DNA of 64,000 nucleotides from Saccostrea echinata. Lineage: Eukaryota. Positions 26,801-38,910 of this stretch are shown piece after piece. The translations under genes were made by a program, and so were the position numbers. Position 1 is the first letter of the stretch. The number at the start of each line of letters is the position of its first letter. Where the stretch lies: NCBI RefSeq assembly GCF_033153115.1, contig NW_026889753.1, positions 11,656,001-11,720,000 of the forward strand, given 5' to 3'. The notes beneath the pieces are model-generated. The model made no database searches. It had not been told where the DNA came from and worked only from the letters and a program-made list of their open reading frames with translations.

Positions 26801-29800
26801 TTTATGAACTGAAAATTTTTCTTCCAAACACATTCAGGAATGAATAATTAAAACTACAGTAATACAGATACACTTCAATTTTAAATTTCCATATTTGTAG
26901 TGTTTTTATAAGAAAAAGGAGCTAAGCCAATGTTTAATTAAGATTGCAGATATTTGACATTCAAAGGTACCTGCTTATTAAGAGTGGAATATTTATCTTT
27001 AATCTGACTCTCAGACAGAATTGGAGTAAGAGACTCCACATCATCCTCTTCATCTTCTAGTTCCTGCAGAAATAAACAATCAGGATTCAAGCACTAATAT
27101 TTAACAAATTGTGTATTTTTCAAAGAAAGACAAAAAAAAAAAATCAAACAAAAAAAAGAAAAAAAAAAGAGAAAAAAACAAGCAATACTGCATAATTTTG
27201 ACAGTGTTACATTTGCTTTACCAGCTTTCCTAATGATGATGTTTGATTAGCCAACAATTTTGCTGCCTGCTTCTTAGGCTATATGACTAAATTGCCAATA
27301 AAGCAGATCTCTAACTGATGGAAAAAAGTATATATCATAACTACCTGTGGAAGAAGCATGGCTGCCACTCTCTCTGATAGCCGCTTCTGTTTGTCTTCCT
27401 CTGACAACAATACAACCAGTGGGGGTGGAGCTGAGTCTCTAAATATCAAACAACAAAGACCACTTTATCATCCTCTTACTGGAGGAACTACATCAAATAT
27501 TTCACTTTACACTCCACAAACTTACATCTTTTTCTTCTTCCCTTGTTTTGGGGCCTGAATCTCTAGTTTCTTGCTGGATTCAGAATTATGCAGAGAATTG
27601 GATAAGGCTAAGGCAGTCTGTAGCTCTTCATCATATTTACTGTGGAAAGAGAAAATAGAAATCATCTAATGTTTATCTTTCTGGAATAAATCAAAGGCCT
27701 GAAAGGCCACAGTGGTGTTGCACAGTAGAGATGATCATCTGCAAAACTAAAATTGCTTTTTTTACAGCAAATGTTTCTATTTCAACCCTGACAGTACTTG
27801 AATATCATGCATGGACTTTTTCTTCTGACACATGGTCTTTCCACATAAACCACCTTAATGCAACCAACAAGCTGTTCATGTTCCTCTTTTTTTTTTTTTT
27901 TACTCAAGTACGCCGACCTCCTCAAAATAGCCTTGAATCAGGTCATGGCTAAATGATGAGATCAAAAAATGTTTCAGAGTAGTTTTTTTCTTAATCCAAG
28001 TTAAAGCTCTATGAAGTAAACATTGAATGAGTCAATCCTGAAACTAAATCATCACAAGCTCTCTAGCTTGAGTAGACTGCTCAACTCAGAGACTTACCTG
28101 TGAGGTTCTCTAAGCTTCTGTTTTTTGGTCTGCTTGTTCAGCTTGCCACTGCCTGCTCTGGAATCAATATGCATAATAATGATTCATCACAAATGTACAA
28201 ACTTCCACTGCTCTATTCTTACTCTCAAAGGACATTTACAAAATGAACTTTATACTTGTCCTCTTTGATATGAATTTAGTTTAGAACAAATGGTTTTTTG
28301 ATACAAAAGTTGAACAACACAATGCCTTATTTTCACCCTGATGTGACCCTGTTAAATGTTGTGTCTGATGTGTTGTTGTAGTGACTCTGTGCTTGTTATC
28401 TGTTGATTTCAGCTACCAATGCTGGCTTACAGTAATGTCAAAAGGAAAGCCAGGTGTTTAAAGACCCAATTTTTTTACCGTACGGTTACCTGAGGAGGGG
28501 GAGTGGTCTTGGTAGTACTGGTGTTATTTACCTGGAGACCCCCAATACTCAAGATGTCAAAAATCCCTATACACGCTGCATTACACAGGAAGTCTGGCTT
28601 TTGGTAATCAGGGTCAACATTAGGCATTTTGTGCATAATTCTGAGTGAAAATATTTAAAATAAATTATTTACTGAAAAATAAAATTTGTAGACAGCGTTT
28701 TCGTCAATATCTTTGGAAGAAAAAATTTAAAAAAAAAAAAAGACATATCTTTTTTAAAAATTGTAAAATTAAAAAAAAAAAGAAGAAGAAAAAGGTGAAA
28801 ACTACAAAGCAATCATATCAATATTTTAATCGCCAATAAAAGAATTATCATAAAATATTAAGTGTGAATATTGAAATAAAAAGATTCCACTTATTGTGTG
28901 GACATTTACAACGATCGGAATATTATTTACTTTTCTGGCGAACAATGGTGTCTAAATATTCACTATTTCCAAGGGTCCGTGTTCTTATGCCCTGTTTACA
29001 GATTTGCATATGAAAAGAATCTTTCGCAAATCAAGATACAAGATACTTTACAATATTAGTATAAATATCTTTTCTTATTTAATCCATTGCATTTTTTATT
29101 ATAATTTTCAAATGGTGGGGGAGGGGGTCGATTGTTTCCAATTACAGAGAATTGAGTTTCTGTGTACCCAAGTGCAAGGTCGACAAGGGCATTATGTACA
29201 TTCTTAAAATTAAGGCACAGGTTGAATAAGAGGCTCGGAAGAATTATTGGTCTGTGCTGCTACAGAAACTTCTTCTCTCTCCGGATCTCACAGGCAGAAC
29301 TAGACACAGACAGAAATAGACACAGGCAGAACTAGAGGCAAGCAGAACTAGACAAAGGCAGAACTAGAGGCAGGCAGAACAAGACACAGGCAGAACTACA
29401 CACAGACAGAACTAGACATAGGCAGAACTAGACACAGACAGAACTAGACACAGACAGAACTATACACAGGCAGAATTAGAGGCAAGCAGAACTAGACACA
29501 GGCAGAACTAAAAACAGACTGAACTAGACACAGGCAGAACTAGAGGCAAGCAGAACTAGACACAGGCAGAACTAGAGGCAGACAGAAATAGACACAGGCA
29601 GAACTAGAGGCAAGCAGAACTAGACAGACAGAACTAGAGGCAGACAGAACTTCAAGGACAACATGTAGACAGGACTATGCAGATACATTCTGTAGCTCTT
29701 CTAGGAAAATTAGCCTTGATCAAAATCCCAATCAGTGGTCACTTTGAGTCATGTGCAAGACTCCAAATCCCATGCACAGGAATCCCAAATCAGAAAGATA

Positions 29801-32800
29801 AGAATGAGAAACAAAGGCAAGACCATTGTCAACAATTATTTAACTACATGTATGACAATGCATGGACTGGCCACATTCTATAGTATAGATTCTAACAAAA
29901 ACGTGGGTTCCCCTTATATAACCCCTGAAGAAATTAAGCTCAAAAGTCTATATAATACCTTGAGACACACAGTTAACAGAGAGGAAAAAATAAGTTGGAC
30001 TTGCTAAAAAAAAAAAAAGCAGTCAATGAGGAGAGGGCTGCTGGACCATTCCAAAAGAATTTTATCTATTTATGAACCTAAGGCATCATCCTAGACATAT
30101 TTATCTACTATTTACTTATGGTAGCATGTGGCAAAACTTTATTCATTTATATAAGTATTTATCTAGATACATACTTGACTGACTGAGGGACCACCCCAGC
30201 TGCTATATTAATCTGCCTCTCCTCCTCCTGTTTTTTGATCAGGTCCAGAAGTTGATCTGTAGAGACACCAAGATTCTGGCAACATTTTTTCATGTGAACT
30301 TTCCTTCCCTATTGAAAGATTCATACACATTTCCCAAGTTTTATTCCATGTTTCATATAAAAACAACAATTAAAATTTGTTCTGTAAACCTAAATATCAG
30401 ATCATATTAAAATTATCCATTGTGAGTCATTCATAAACAATATGTCTACCATAAAACATGGATATAGTGAAACATTTACAAAATATGTTTATATCTATAA
30501 TTTGTTATACCAAGTTTATATGTGTAATGTACTTTGTAAAACTGCATTTTAGCATGTATTTATGATATATAATGTACATGCAATTTAGAAAACTCCATAC
30601 TTGTATTCTTGCATTTAACTCTAGCAGACCTTTCTGAAGTTACTGTATGTGTACTTAAATGAGCGAGCTTCATATCTAAGCGGCTTTAGCGCAGACAACG
30701 ATGCGCTTATTGATGAATACTGCTAAGAAATCATTTATATATACTAATTCATGATTTCACCAACAACTCCATACCCAGTGATTGCGCTAAATTTTGAATA
30801 CGCCAATTTAAGTACACGTATAATATTAGACTTATATAAAACAGAAAATTATGCAATCATAATGGCATAATTGGCATTAAATGTACTTTCCACCTTGTTC
30901 ACTTACATTCTCTGACTTAAGAGTTCTGCCAGTTCACTTACATTTTCTGACTTGAGAGTTCTGCCACACATTGGACAGTCCAGTACTGCTGTACGTGCCT
31001 GTTTACTTACATTTTCTGACTTGAGAGTTCTGCCACACATTGGACAGTCCAGTACTGCTGTACGTGCCTGTTTACTTACATTTTCTGACTTGAGAGTTCT
31101 GCCACACATTGGACAGTCCAGTACTCAGGGATGGGATAATCGTAATCGAGTAATCGTAATTGATTGTAATGATTACTTTTTTCCAAGTAATCGACAGTAA
31201 TCTGTAATCGAAGAGATTTTCGATTACTTGTAATCGTAATTTAATCGATTACAGCTAAAATTTTCAATGTAATTATAATTACTTTTTCGATTACTTTCAA
31301 TTACTTTATACATAAATGAATGTTATTTTGGAGAATTATTTCCAGTCAGTCACACATAAATATCAAATATAAACCACTTAGTGTAATGTTTGGATTTCCT
31401 AACTTTTATTATCATAAGTTTAATAATGTTCTCAATAAAATTTGCATTATAGACCTTCTGGTCAAGTATTAAGTAATTCAGAAGTGTATTTCAACCATTT
31501 ATTAATAAAATATACAGATTTTTCGTGTGCATTTTACATTTGACCCACTGTCCTCTAACTGCATGCCCTTTTTCATATTTCAGATGTTGAAAAACTTTGT
31601 CTTGTAATAGAAAATTATAAATAGCAAAAACAGATTTAAGTGCTGTATTAAATATAAATAATTTTGTAAATAAACTATATTGTACTCGAAAAAAAGAAGA
31701 AGATGGAAATACATGTACTTATTCATATCTGAAAATGTTTAAACAACTTCAAACTTGTGTTTTAGTAACTTTAAAGTTTGCAAAATCATTCTCATGTTTT
31801 CATTCAAAATTGTAAGGTTGCTTTTATATCAGTGAGAGGTTATAAGTGTCTGTAATAGAGGGAGTGTGTCACTGTGTTTGCTTATCTTAAACGGCTTATT
31901 AATTGACGGAGGCATCCCTGATTTGCAGATAATGAGGTGTAAACTGTGAACTACCTAGTATTTAACTTTCATTCCATTGAAGACAAACAGTATTATTAAA
32001 ACAATTAATAGCTCTCAGAACACTTATTTCAATACAGAATGAAATTGTGCTATTAGTTGAATTACTTCAAGACACATTTAATTTACATGTTTATTACTAA
32101 GAGTTCTAATTTACTTCTTTGTTTTTTTGTTTTTTTTTTAAAAAAGACACATACAGGAATGTTTAATGTGTACTGTCAACATACGGGCAGCCCAAATACT
32201 TCTAATGAAGTAATTCACAATAAAGACTAGTATTAAATAATTTTTGCAACAAGTAAAAAAATATGGAGGTTCAGATCCAAGGTTGAAAGGAATAATCAAA
32301 TCCTTGGAATATTTTATTGTAGGAATCATGTCTCCACTTTCCATGGTAGAGAATCCCTCATTTGGGCATTTAGTGAGAATGTTAGCCAGAATAAAACCTT
32401 AAAAGAATCTGCACTGAAACTGCAGGAATACATTCAAACTTCAGTGGATAACATCAACATTTACCATTTAAACATTGCTTTGATATTTGAAGGGATAAAA
32501 ACTTGGAAGTAATCGATTATTAATCGATTACATCTTCCAAAGTAATCGATTACAATCGATTACAGGACAAAAATGAGTGTAATCGATTAATAATTGATTA
32601 CACAAAATTCCTCTAAGTAATCGATTATTAATCGATTACATTTTTCAGTAATCGTGCCCATCCCTGCCAGTACTGCTATATGTGCCTGTTTACTTACATT
32701 TTCTGACTTGAGAGTTCTGCCACACATTGGACAGTCCAGTAACTGCTGTACGTTCCTGTTTACTTACATTTTCTGACTTGAGAGTTCTGCCACACATTGG

Positions 32801-34158
32801 ACAGTCCAGTACTGCTGTACGTTCCTGTTTGTTACATTTTCTGACTTGAGAGTTCTGCCACACATTGGACAGTCCAGTACTGCTGTACGTTCCTGTTTAC
32901 TTACATTTTCTGACTTGAGAGTTCTGCCACACATTGGACAGTCCAGTACTGCTGTACGTTCCAGTTTACTTACATTTTCTGACTTGAGAGTTCTGCCACA
33001 CATTGGACAGTCCAGCACTGCTGTACGTGCCTGTTCTAGTTCTTCTTTTTTCTGCATTTCCTTCTGTTTTAACTCATCTATCTATAAAATCATCAAGCAT
33101 GCTTATAAAGTCTGGAATAACACTTCCTCTGTGGTGAAGACTGTTCCCTATCTGAGTACAGAGAACAGATCAATAATTCTCTGCTATGGGAGATAACTCT
33201 TTACTTTAACTGCCAAATCTCTTTGTTTTTATTTTTTACAGTGATTTGTATCAAATGTTTCCTTCTTTACATGTTTACTTAATTTGAATTTCAATTTTAT
33301 CATCATCTTCTGTTAAAAAAATAATCATATATACAGAAAATTCTATTTCAGCTAGCCAGGTTCACTCTTTCTTTAACTGGTCCATGCATAGATTACCTGG
33401 TCCATGCATTGATAATCTGGTCCAAGCAGAGATTACCTGGTCCATACATGGATAATCTGGTCCAAGCATAGATTACCTGGTCCATGCATAAATTACCTGG
33501 TCCATGCATCTGTTGAGATGCTGTGTTTTTCTGGCAGAATTGTAGTGAGACAGATCCTTCAAACAAAACTGGCACGAGAACTTTTCTTGGGGAACTACAT
33601 CTTCATTGGTTTCTAGAATTAAATTAAAAAATCTCAATTATCTAAAAAAAAAAAAAACAAACATAGCTACAGCAGATATTGCCCATCTCTAATTTATACT
33701 TTGCTTCAGACTCAGTACAGTTACAAACTGGTTTGACTCAATCCCATTCTTCAAGACAAGAAACATCACTGGCATGTTATAAAGTGGATTCAAATAATTA
33801 ATAATCAAAGTATGTATATGTATTTAAGTATCCTACCTTTTTTCTGGAATCTGTTTTTAAGACATTCAGTGACATGATGCTGAAAAGCTTCTCTGGGCAT
33901 GCTTAATTCACAAGTAGGACATTTCTTGGTATCTGTTTCTTCATCAACCATTTTGTTTTCTGGTTCACTGACAACCACCTGACATTGTGTTACCTTTTGT
34001 TCCTTTATGCTGCTACTTTGTCGAAATTCACATGTTTCATTTAATACATTGTGTGAAACTGACAATATATTTTTCAACTCTTTTTTCACACCAGTTTTTT
34101 TCTTCTGTAGCGATAATTTGGACTTGGATTTTTCCTCATTATTCTTTCGTGTTTTCAT
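14805..34158 (-). CDS. SLX4: Structure-specific endonuclease subunit SLX4, ~1391 aa, 22 coding exons
   Basis: Phase-consistent exons: 33837-34158, 33497-33612, 32974-33081, 30175-30308, 28098-28157, 27526-27639, 27345-27438, 26971-27063, 26497-26700, 26109-26258, 25850-26005, 25535-25665, 23601-25141, 23081-23277, 22690-22791, 20294-20413, 19875-19962, 19536-19656, 18576-18630, 18338-18424, 17787-17876, 14805-14897. Domain order: UBZ fingers (CQFCLKDL..HLNRC; CPMCG..HMKKC), MLR (ELQTALALS; LW..FY), BTB (YSDLKI..AHRLILSARCP), SAP (PFTPMPSYDSMATPQLK), SLX1-binding domain (RILMYEPL..YLDEKCITF). Confidence 0.92.
15321..17708. mobile_element. Possible degenerate non-autonomous DNA transposon in the last SLX4 intron
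   Basis: Imperfect inverted ends AAAGGATCAGTGCACTT / AAGTGCACTCATTCTTT; no clean TSD. Confidence 0.35.
18780..19535. repeat. ~31-bp minisatellite starting at an SLX4 splice donor, split by the MITE
   Basis: Repeats of TAGACA(A/G)TGATTGGCTGTTATAATTCTA on both sides of 18868-19314. Confidence 0.7.
18868..19314. mobile_element. TA-flanked MITE inserted in a minisatellite
   Basis: TACCGTAAATCTGGAAATTTTT...AAAAATTTCCAGATTTACGGTA perfect TIRs. Confidence 0.8.
21870..22545 (+). mobile_element. HINE-like element 3' part with duplicated internal blocks
   Basis: GACCTTGACC repeats, two ~295-bp duplicated blocks, GGACGGACAGAC and terminal hairpin AGGGCACCCG..CGGGGCCCT. Confidence 0.65.
29290..29650. 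repeat. 16-bp minisatellite (GCAGAACTAGACACAG)n
   Basis: About 22 copies read directly. Confidence 0.9.
30901..33035 (-). repeat. 69-bp tandem array of SLX4 exon-3 end plus donor, split by a hAT-like element
   Basis: Unit encodes ARTAVLDCPMCGRTLKSEN followed by GTAAGT; about 8 copies plus a partial copy. Confidence 0.92.
31126..32666. mobile_element. Non-autonomous hAT-like element, 1541 bp
   Basis: TIR CAGGGATGGG...CCCATCCCTG, 8-bp TSD CCAGTACT, subterminal TAATCGATTA repeats. Confidence 0.88.
33377..33509 (-). repeat. 20-bp tandem array of SLX4 exon-2 end plus donor
   Basis: About 7 copies of ATGCATGGACCAG|GTAATCT on the minus strand. Confidence 0.85.
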
Positions 34159-34439
34159 TTTTCATCAGAAATCAACACTGATAATCAGATATCAAAATTA
34201 TAAAGACATATCCACTATAACGCATGTATTCACAACATCATATATATGTATTGTCTTCATGTTTCCATTTACTATAATAAACACAAGTATCAATACAATG
34301 ACATCCTAAACATAAATGAAAAGAAATTAATTACGCAGTTATTTTAAACATTTCTTCATTTCAAATGACAAGTTTTTTTTTTCTTTTTCTGTCTGACATT
34401 CTTAAACATACAAAAACATACACATCTGCAGTAGCTTCA

Positions 34440-35194
34440 TTAGACTATATTCTTTTTGTCTGAAAATGCAGAACCTTCATCTTGTTGTTTTATCAGTTTT
34501 TCAGTCTCCTCAAGGAAGAAACGGTATTCTTCTTTAATTAACTCATCCTCACGCTGTCTGGCAAGTTTTACTCTTTCTGATTCTATTGGAAATAAATCTG
34601 AAAAACTGAAAGTAAGAAATTCTGTATCAGTATGTGTATTTATCTGTCTCTTGGCTTCCACTGATGTACATGTAACATTAACTGGAATCATGCGTCATTT
34701 CTTTATTTTCTTGCTTTTATAAAAAGTTGCACAGGATACCCGATTTCGAGGATAATACCCGATTTCGAGTATTCTCTCCAACCTGTTAAACATTCTTTGA
34801 TTAAATTTGCACTTTTCAGGATTTGATCCTTATGGTTTCCAATGTCTCGTGTCCTTTGCAGAGGGGATCTAACATCGTAACTACTCGGCCATTTCCGTGA
34901 ACGATAAATGGCCGAGTAGTGGCCCAGATCTAAGTTAAAACTAAATAGGTATCAAACAATACGCATCAGCGCTCGCCATAACAGTTGCACCGTCAATATA
35001 TTTTTAAACAAATATTAAAATTTCTTCAATGTGATAATCACTCAACTATTACCAACTTCCAAGTATTATTACCTATATAAACAAACCACCATCCCAGTCA
35101 CAACCGTCAATGAAATGCCTAACGCTCTCTTCTTAATCAGCTTAACTAAAGGTGTCGTAACTCTGTAATCAGGGTCGAAACGCCGTGTTTTCAT
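34440..35194 (-). CDS. Putative small single-pass membrane protein, 95 aa, 2 exons
   Basis: Exons 35073-35194 (AG|GTAAT donor) and 34440-34605 (TTCTTACTTTCAG acceptor) join in frame: MKTRRFDPDYRVTTPLVKLIKKRALGISLTVVTGMVVCLYSFSDLFPIESERVKLARQREDELIKEEYRFFLEETEKLIKQQDEGSAFSDKKNIV. Confidence 0.6.
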
Positions 35195-35399
35195 AATTTT
35201 AAAGTATTTTCCACAAATTTATCCTAAAATTGATTATTTTTTCACAGATCATTGAGGGCACCTTCACACTCACACACGGTTTCAAATAAGCGGATATGTC
35301 TTTCAGACGATAAACGAGAAAAGTAACACAGGCACTCGAAATATACCCGGAATAAATCGAAGTTTAGTTGGACTCGATTTCAAAATAGTGAATACAGAA

Positions 35400-35668
35400 T
35401 TTAGTCTGATCTTCTTTTGAAAAACTTCAACCTTGGCCATAACTTTAAAACGGTTGGTGCTAGGGCTCATACTTCACATATGTAATCCTGTGACAACTTT
35501 CTTGGGATAGTAACAACTTTGACCCTTTGGCCTTGGAGTTTGACCTACTTTTTGAAAAATGTTAACTTTGGCCATAACTTTTGAACAGTTGATGCTAGGG
35601 CTTTCATATTTCACATGTGTATTACTTATGACAAGACCTTCCTTTAGTTACCAACAATTAAAGTCCAT

Positions 35669-35699
<31 letters not shown>

Positions 35700-37404
35700 G
35701 AAAAACTTTAACCTTGGCCATATCTTTTGAATGGTTGGTGCTAGGGCTCTTACATTTCATGTGTATTTCTTGTGAGAAGGTGTTTCCTTGGGTACCATTA
35801 ATTTTGACCATTTTGACCTTGACCTTGATATTTGGCTTACTTTTGAAAAACTTTAACCTTTTCCATATCTTTTCAATGGTTGCTACTAGGATTCACAGGT
35901 ATATTCCTTGGGACAAGACATTACTTTGGGTACCAACATATTTGATTTGCATTTGAGAAAGTTTAACCTTGGCTATAAGTTGCCATACCGAGGCATCAGT
36001 GTTTCACAAACCCATATCAAAGATTCAGCAGTACATAGTTTTTGCCCTGTCCGTCCGTCTGTCTAGCTGTCTGCCTGTTTGTCAGCAAAAACTTTAACAT
36101 TGCTCATAACTTTTGATTTGTTGGAGCTACATCTTCGCTAGCCAAGGGCTTCTGATACGATACTCTCCTCATAAGCCCTTGGCATACGGTGTTAAAAAAA
36201 GTTGGGATTTTTTTCTCAAGTTGTGATTGGAGTTGATCGACATCGTTCGACCAATCAGCAATTGTTTTTTGTAAATGACGATATTTGCGTTCGGGATATA
36301 TCTTGACTCTTTAATATCGGTAATGTAAAACGCAAGTAAACAATGATCCGTAAGATAACATGCCATTCTATGAATAGCAATATGGTGTCACCCAATTTCT
36401 AAAGCAACGTGCAAAATATGTGACTAAGAATCTATACTGCAGATGTAGATTTGCATTTTTACATGTTTAAATAACAAATTAACATAACTCAATACCTTCT
36501 TCTTACATGTAATTATTCTTTAAAAACATTTTTTTTAAAATACGCTTTTTATTTCTGTCGATGACGCAATCTGTGCGTACCTGGTAAGAATCATGATCAC
36601 GTGACAAAAACAATCCCGTCTTTTGTCAGCACCGTATGCCAAGGGTTTATGAGGAGAGTAGCGTATCAGAAACCCTTGGCTAGCGAAGATGTTGGAGCTA
36701 TGGCTTTTATATTTCACATGTGTATTCCTTGTTTCAAGACCTTTTTTTGGGTACCATCATATTTGACCTTTTGACCTTGACTTTGGAGTTTGAACCAGTT
36801 TTACAAAATTTTACAAAACTTTAACCTTGGCCATTGCTTTTGAACAGTTGGTGCTAGGGCTTTCATTCTTCATATATGTAATCATTGTGACAAGACCTCC
36901 CCTTAGATACCAACAATTGAAGTCCATTGACCTTGACCTTTGACCTACTTTTGGAAAACTTTAATCTTGGCTATTACTTTTGAACAGTTGGTGCTAGGGC
37001 TTTCATATATCACATATGTAATCCTTGTGACAAGACCTTACTTTGGATACCAACAACTTTGACCCTTTGACCTTGGAGTTTTACCTACATGTACTTTTGA
37101 AAAACTTTAACCTTGGCCATATCTTTTGAATGGTTGGTGCTAGGGCTTTCATATTTCACATGTGCATTTCTTGTGAGAAGGCCTTTCCTTTGGCACCATT
37201 AATTTTGACCATTTGACCTTGATGTTTGACTTACTTTTGAAAAACTTTAACCTTTTCCATATCTTTTCAATGGTTGCCGATAGGACTTTCATATTTCACA
37301 GGTACATCCCTCAGGACAAGTCCTTACTTTGGGTACCAACATATTTGATTTGCATTTGAGAAAGTTTAACCTTCACTATAAGATGCCATATGGGGGCATC
37401 AATG
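35400..37404 (-). mobile_element. Two adjacent HINE-like elements (family of 12087-13122, reversed)
   Basis: Repeated GTGCTAGGGCTTTCATATTTCACA/TTGACCTT blocks; ends GTTTCACAAACACATCTTGTT. Confidence 0.65.
36130..36691. mobile_element. Non-autonomous DNA transposon with 9-bp TSD, nested in a HINE-like element
   Basis: TSD TTGGAGCTA at 36121-36129 and 36692-36700; ~60-bp TIRs CATCTTCGCTAGCCAAGGG..CCCTTGGCATACGG. Confidence 0.88.
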
Positions 37405-37600
37405 TTTCACAAACACATCTTGTTCATTTAAAAAATTAAAATGTCTTTTTTACTTTTCTTGACATGTTTTATAAGATATGCATACTACCCTAAAACATCT
37501 TATTAGCAAATAAAACAATTTTTACATTTTCTCTGGGAAAAAAATTCATATAAAATAACTAAGAGCTAATATCAACCATATTTCAAAAGAGATTTTTTTT

Positions 37601-37770
37601 GCCCCTGGTTGGACTTTCACCTGCAAGTCCAGGGGTGGTGACAACAGCACCAAATTATGTAAATGGAAAATGTAACAGACCAGATCAGGATTCAGACCTG
37701 GGCCCCCTGAACTCCAGACAAAAGGTCTATTAACTGAGCTTTATAATTAGGCTAGGCACCAGTGTCTGAC
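37601..37770 (-). mobile_element. Degenerate tRNA-derived repeat with a PBS-like motif (old Helenus-like or SINE fragment)
   Basis: Minus strand AGCTCAGTTAATAGA..GGTCTGAATCCTG..TGTTACA..TTACA..TTTGGTGCTGT. Confidence 0.4.
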
Positions 37771-38037
37771 TACCAAATTATTATTCTTTACACTGATTAT
37801 CTTAAATCCCTAAAAATGATATGCAGCATCAAAAGCCTGAAAAGTAGTAAGCCATCCTAGATGCATTGAACAAAGCTGCAAGTTTGGTCCTTGTAGGATA
37901 TACTATTACTTGGGAGTGTACTTGCATTATTAAGACTTTGTCTGCATGTACAGAGAAGGATGCTACTGACTTTATGTCATATGATAGATGCATTCCTTTA
38001 TGTCCTCAAGCATTACCTAAAAGTACATCAAATACTT

Positions 38038-38828
38038 CAGGGATCGACATTAACGGTTGTCCGATTGCCCGGGACAAGTAAATGCTCAGTTCAGGCAAGT
38101 GAAATTGTCAACATACTTGTCCGATCGGGCAAGTGAATTTTTCTCATACAAATGTACATATTTATTTAGTTTACATTAATTTATAAAACAATAAACTGAA
38201 CACTTGATTCCCGCCACACACCTGACTGACAATGTTTTTAGATTCGAAATTCCTTGGTAGCGTTTCTGGATTATACAGTTCATTTAAAAATCAAGTTCGT
38301 CGTTTTCTTTCGCTCTACGTCTAACAAAATTTTGTGAACTTCTTATTAGGAAATTAGATTATTTATTCATGCACAGAATATAAGTACAGTGTAATACGTT
38401 GTATCCTGATCAAGGTGAGATGTATGTTTCGTGTCAACCATCTTCCTTAAGTGTTGCTTCACAGAAAATCACGAATCACAAAATGATCCTACCGCAAATA
38501 ATATTCAAAAATATGAATTTTATTAAAAGGAAACGGAGGGTTATTGCTGCATGGCAGTGTGTGTTAACAAGTTAAATTTACAAGTACAGTGGTATACATT
38601 TATGTACAAATGCAGCATCGAAATTTTTTTAGGTAGCTCAACTTGCCAAATTGACAGTAGTGTATTTCGTCACATTTTTTTTCTTTTCAAAACATTTGCA
38701 GTAATTAATAATTTTCTTCTGAAGTTCTATCCTAATTTTGGGCAACCAAGTTTTGCATTCGGACAAGTCAAAGTTTGAGATCACTTGCCCAAAGGGCAAG
38801 TGAATCTGAAAGTTAATGTCTATCCCTG
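38038..38828. mobile_element. CAGGG-terminated MITE
   Basis: CAGGGATCGACATTAAC...GTTAATGTCTATCCCTG, flanks TACTT/CACTT. Confidence 0.75.
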
Positions 38829-38910
38829 CACTTAATTAAAGCACAAAATATATATTCTGAATGATAATATTATTTTATATCTAAATACACATACAGAGAG
38901 AACTCAATTT

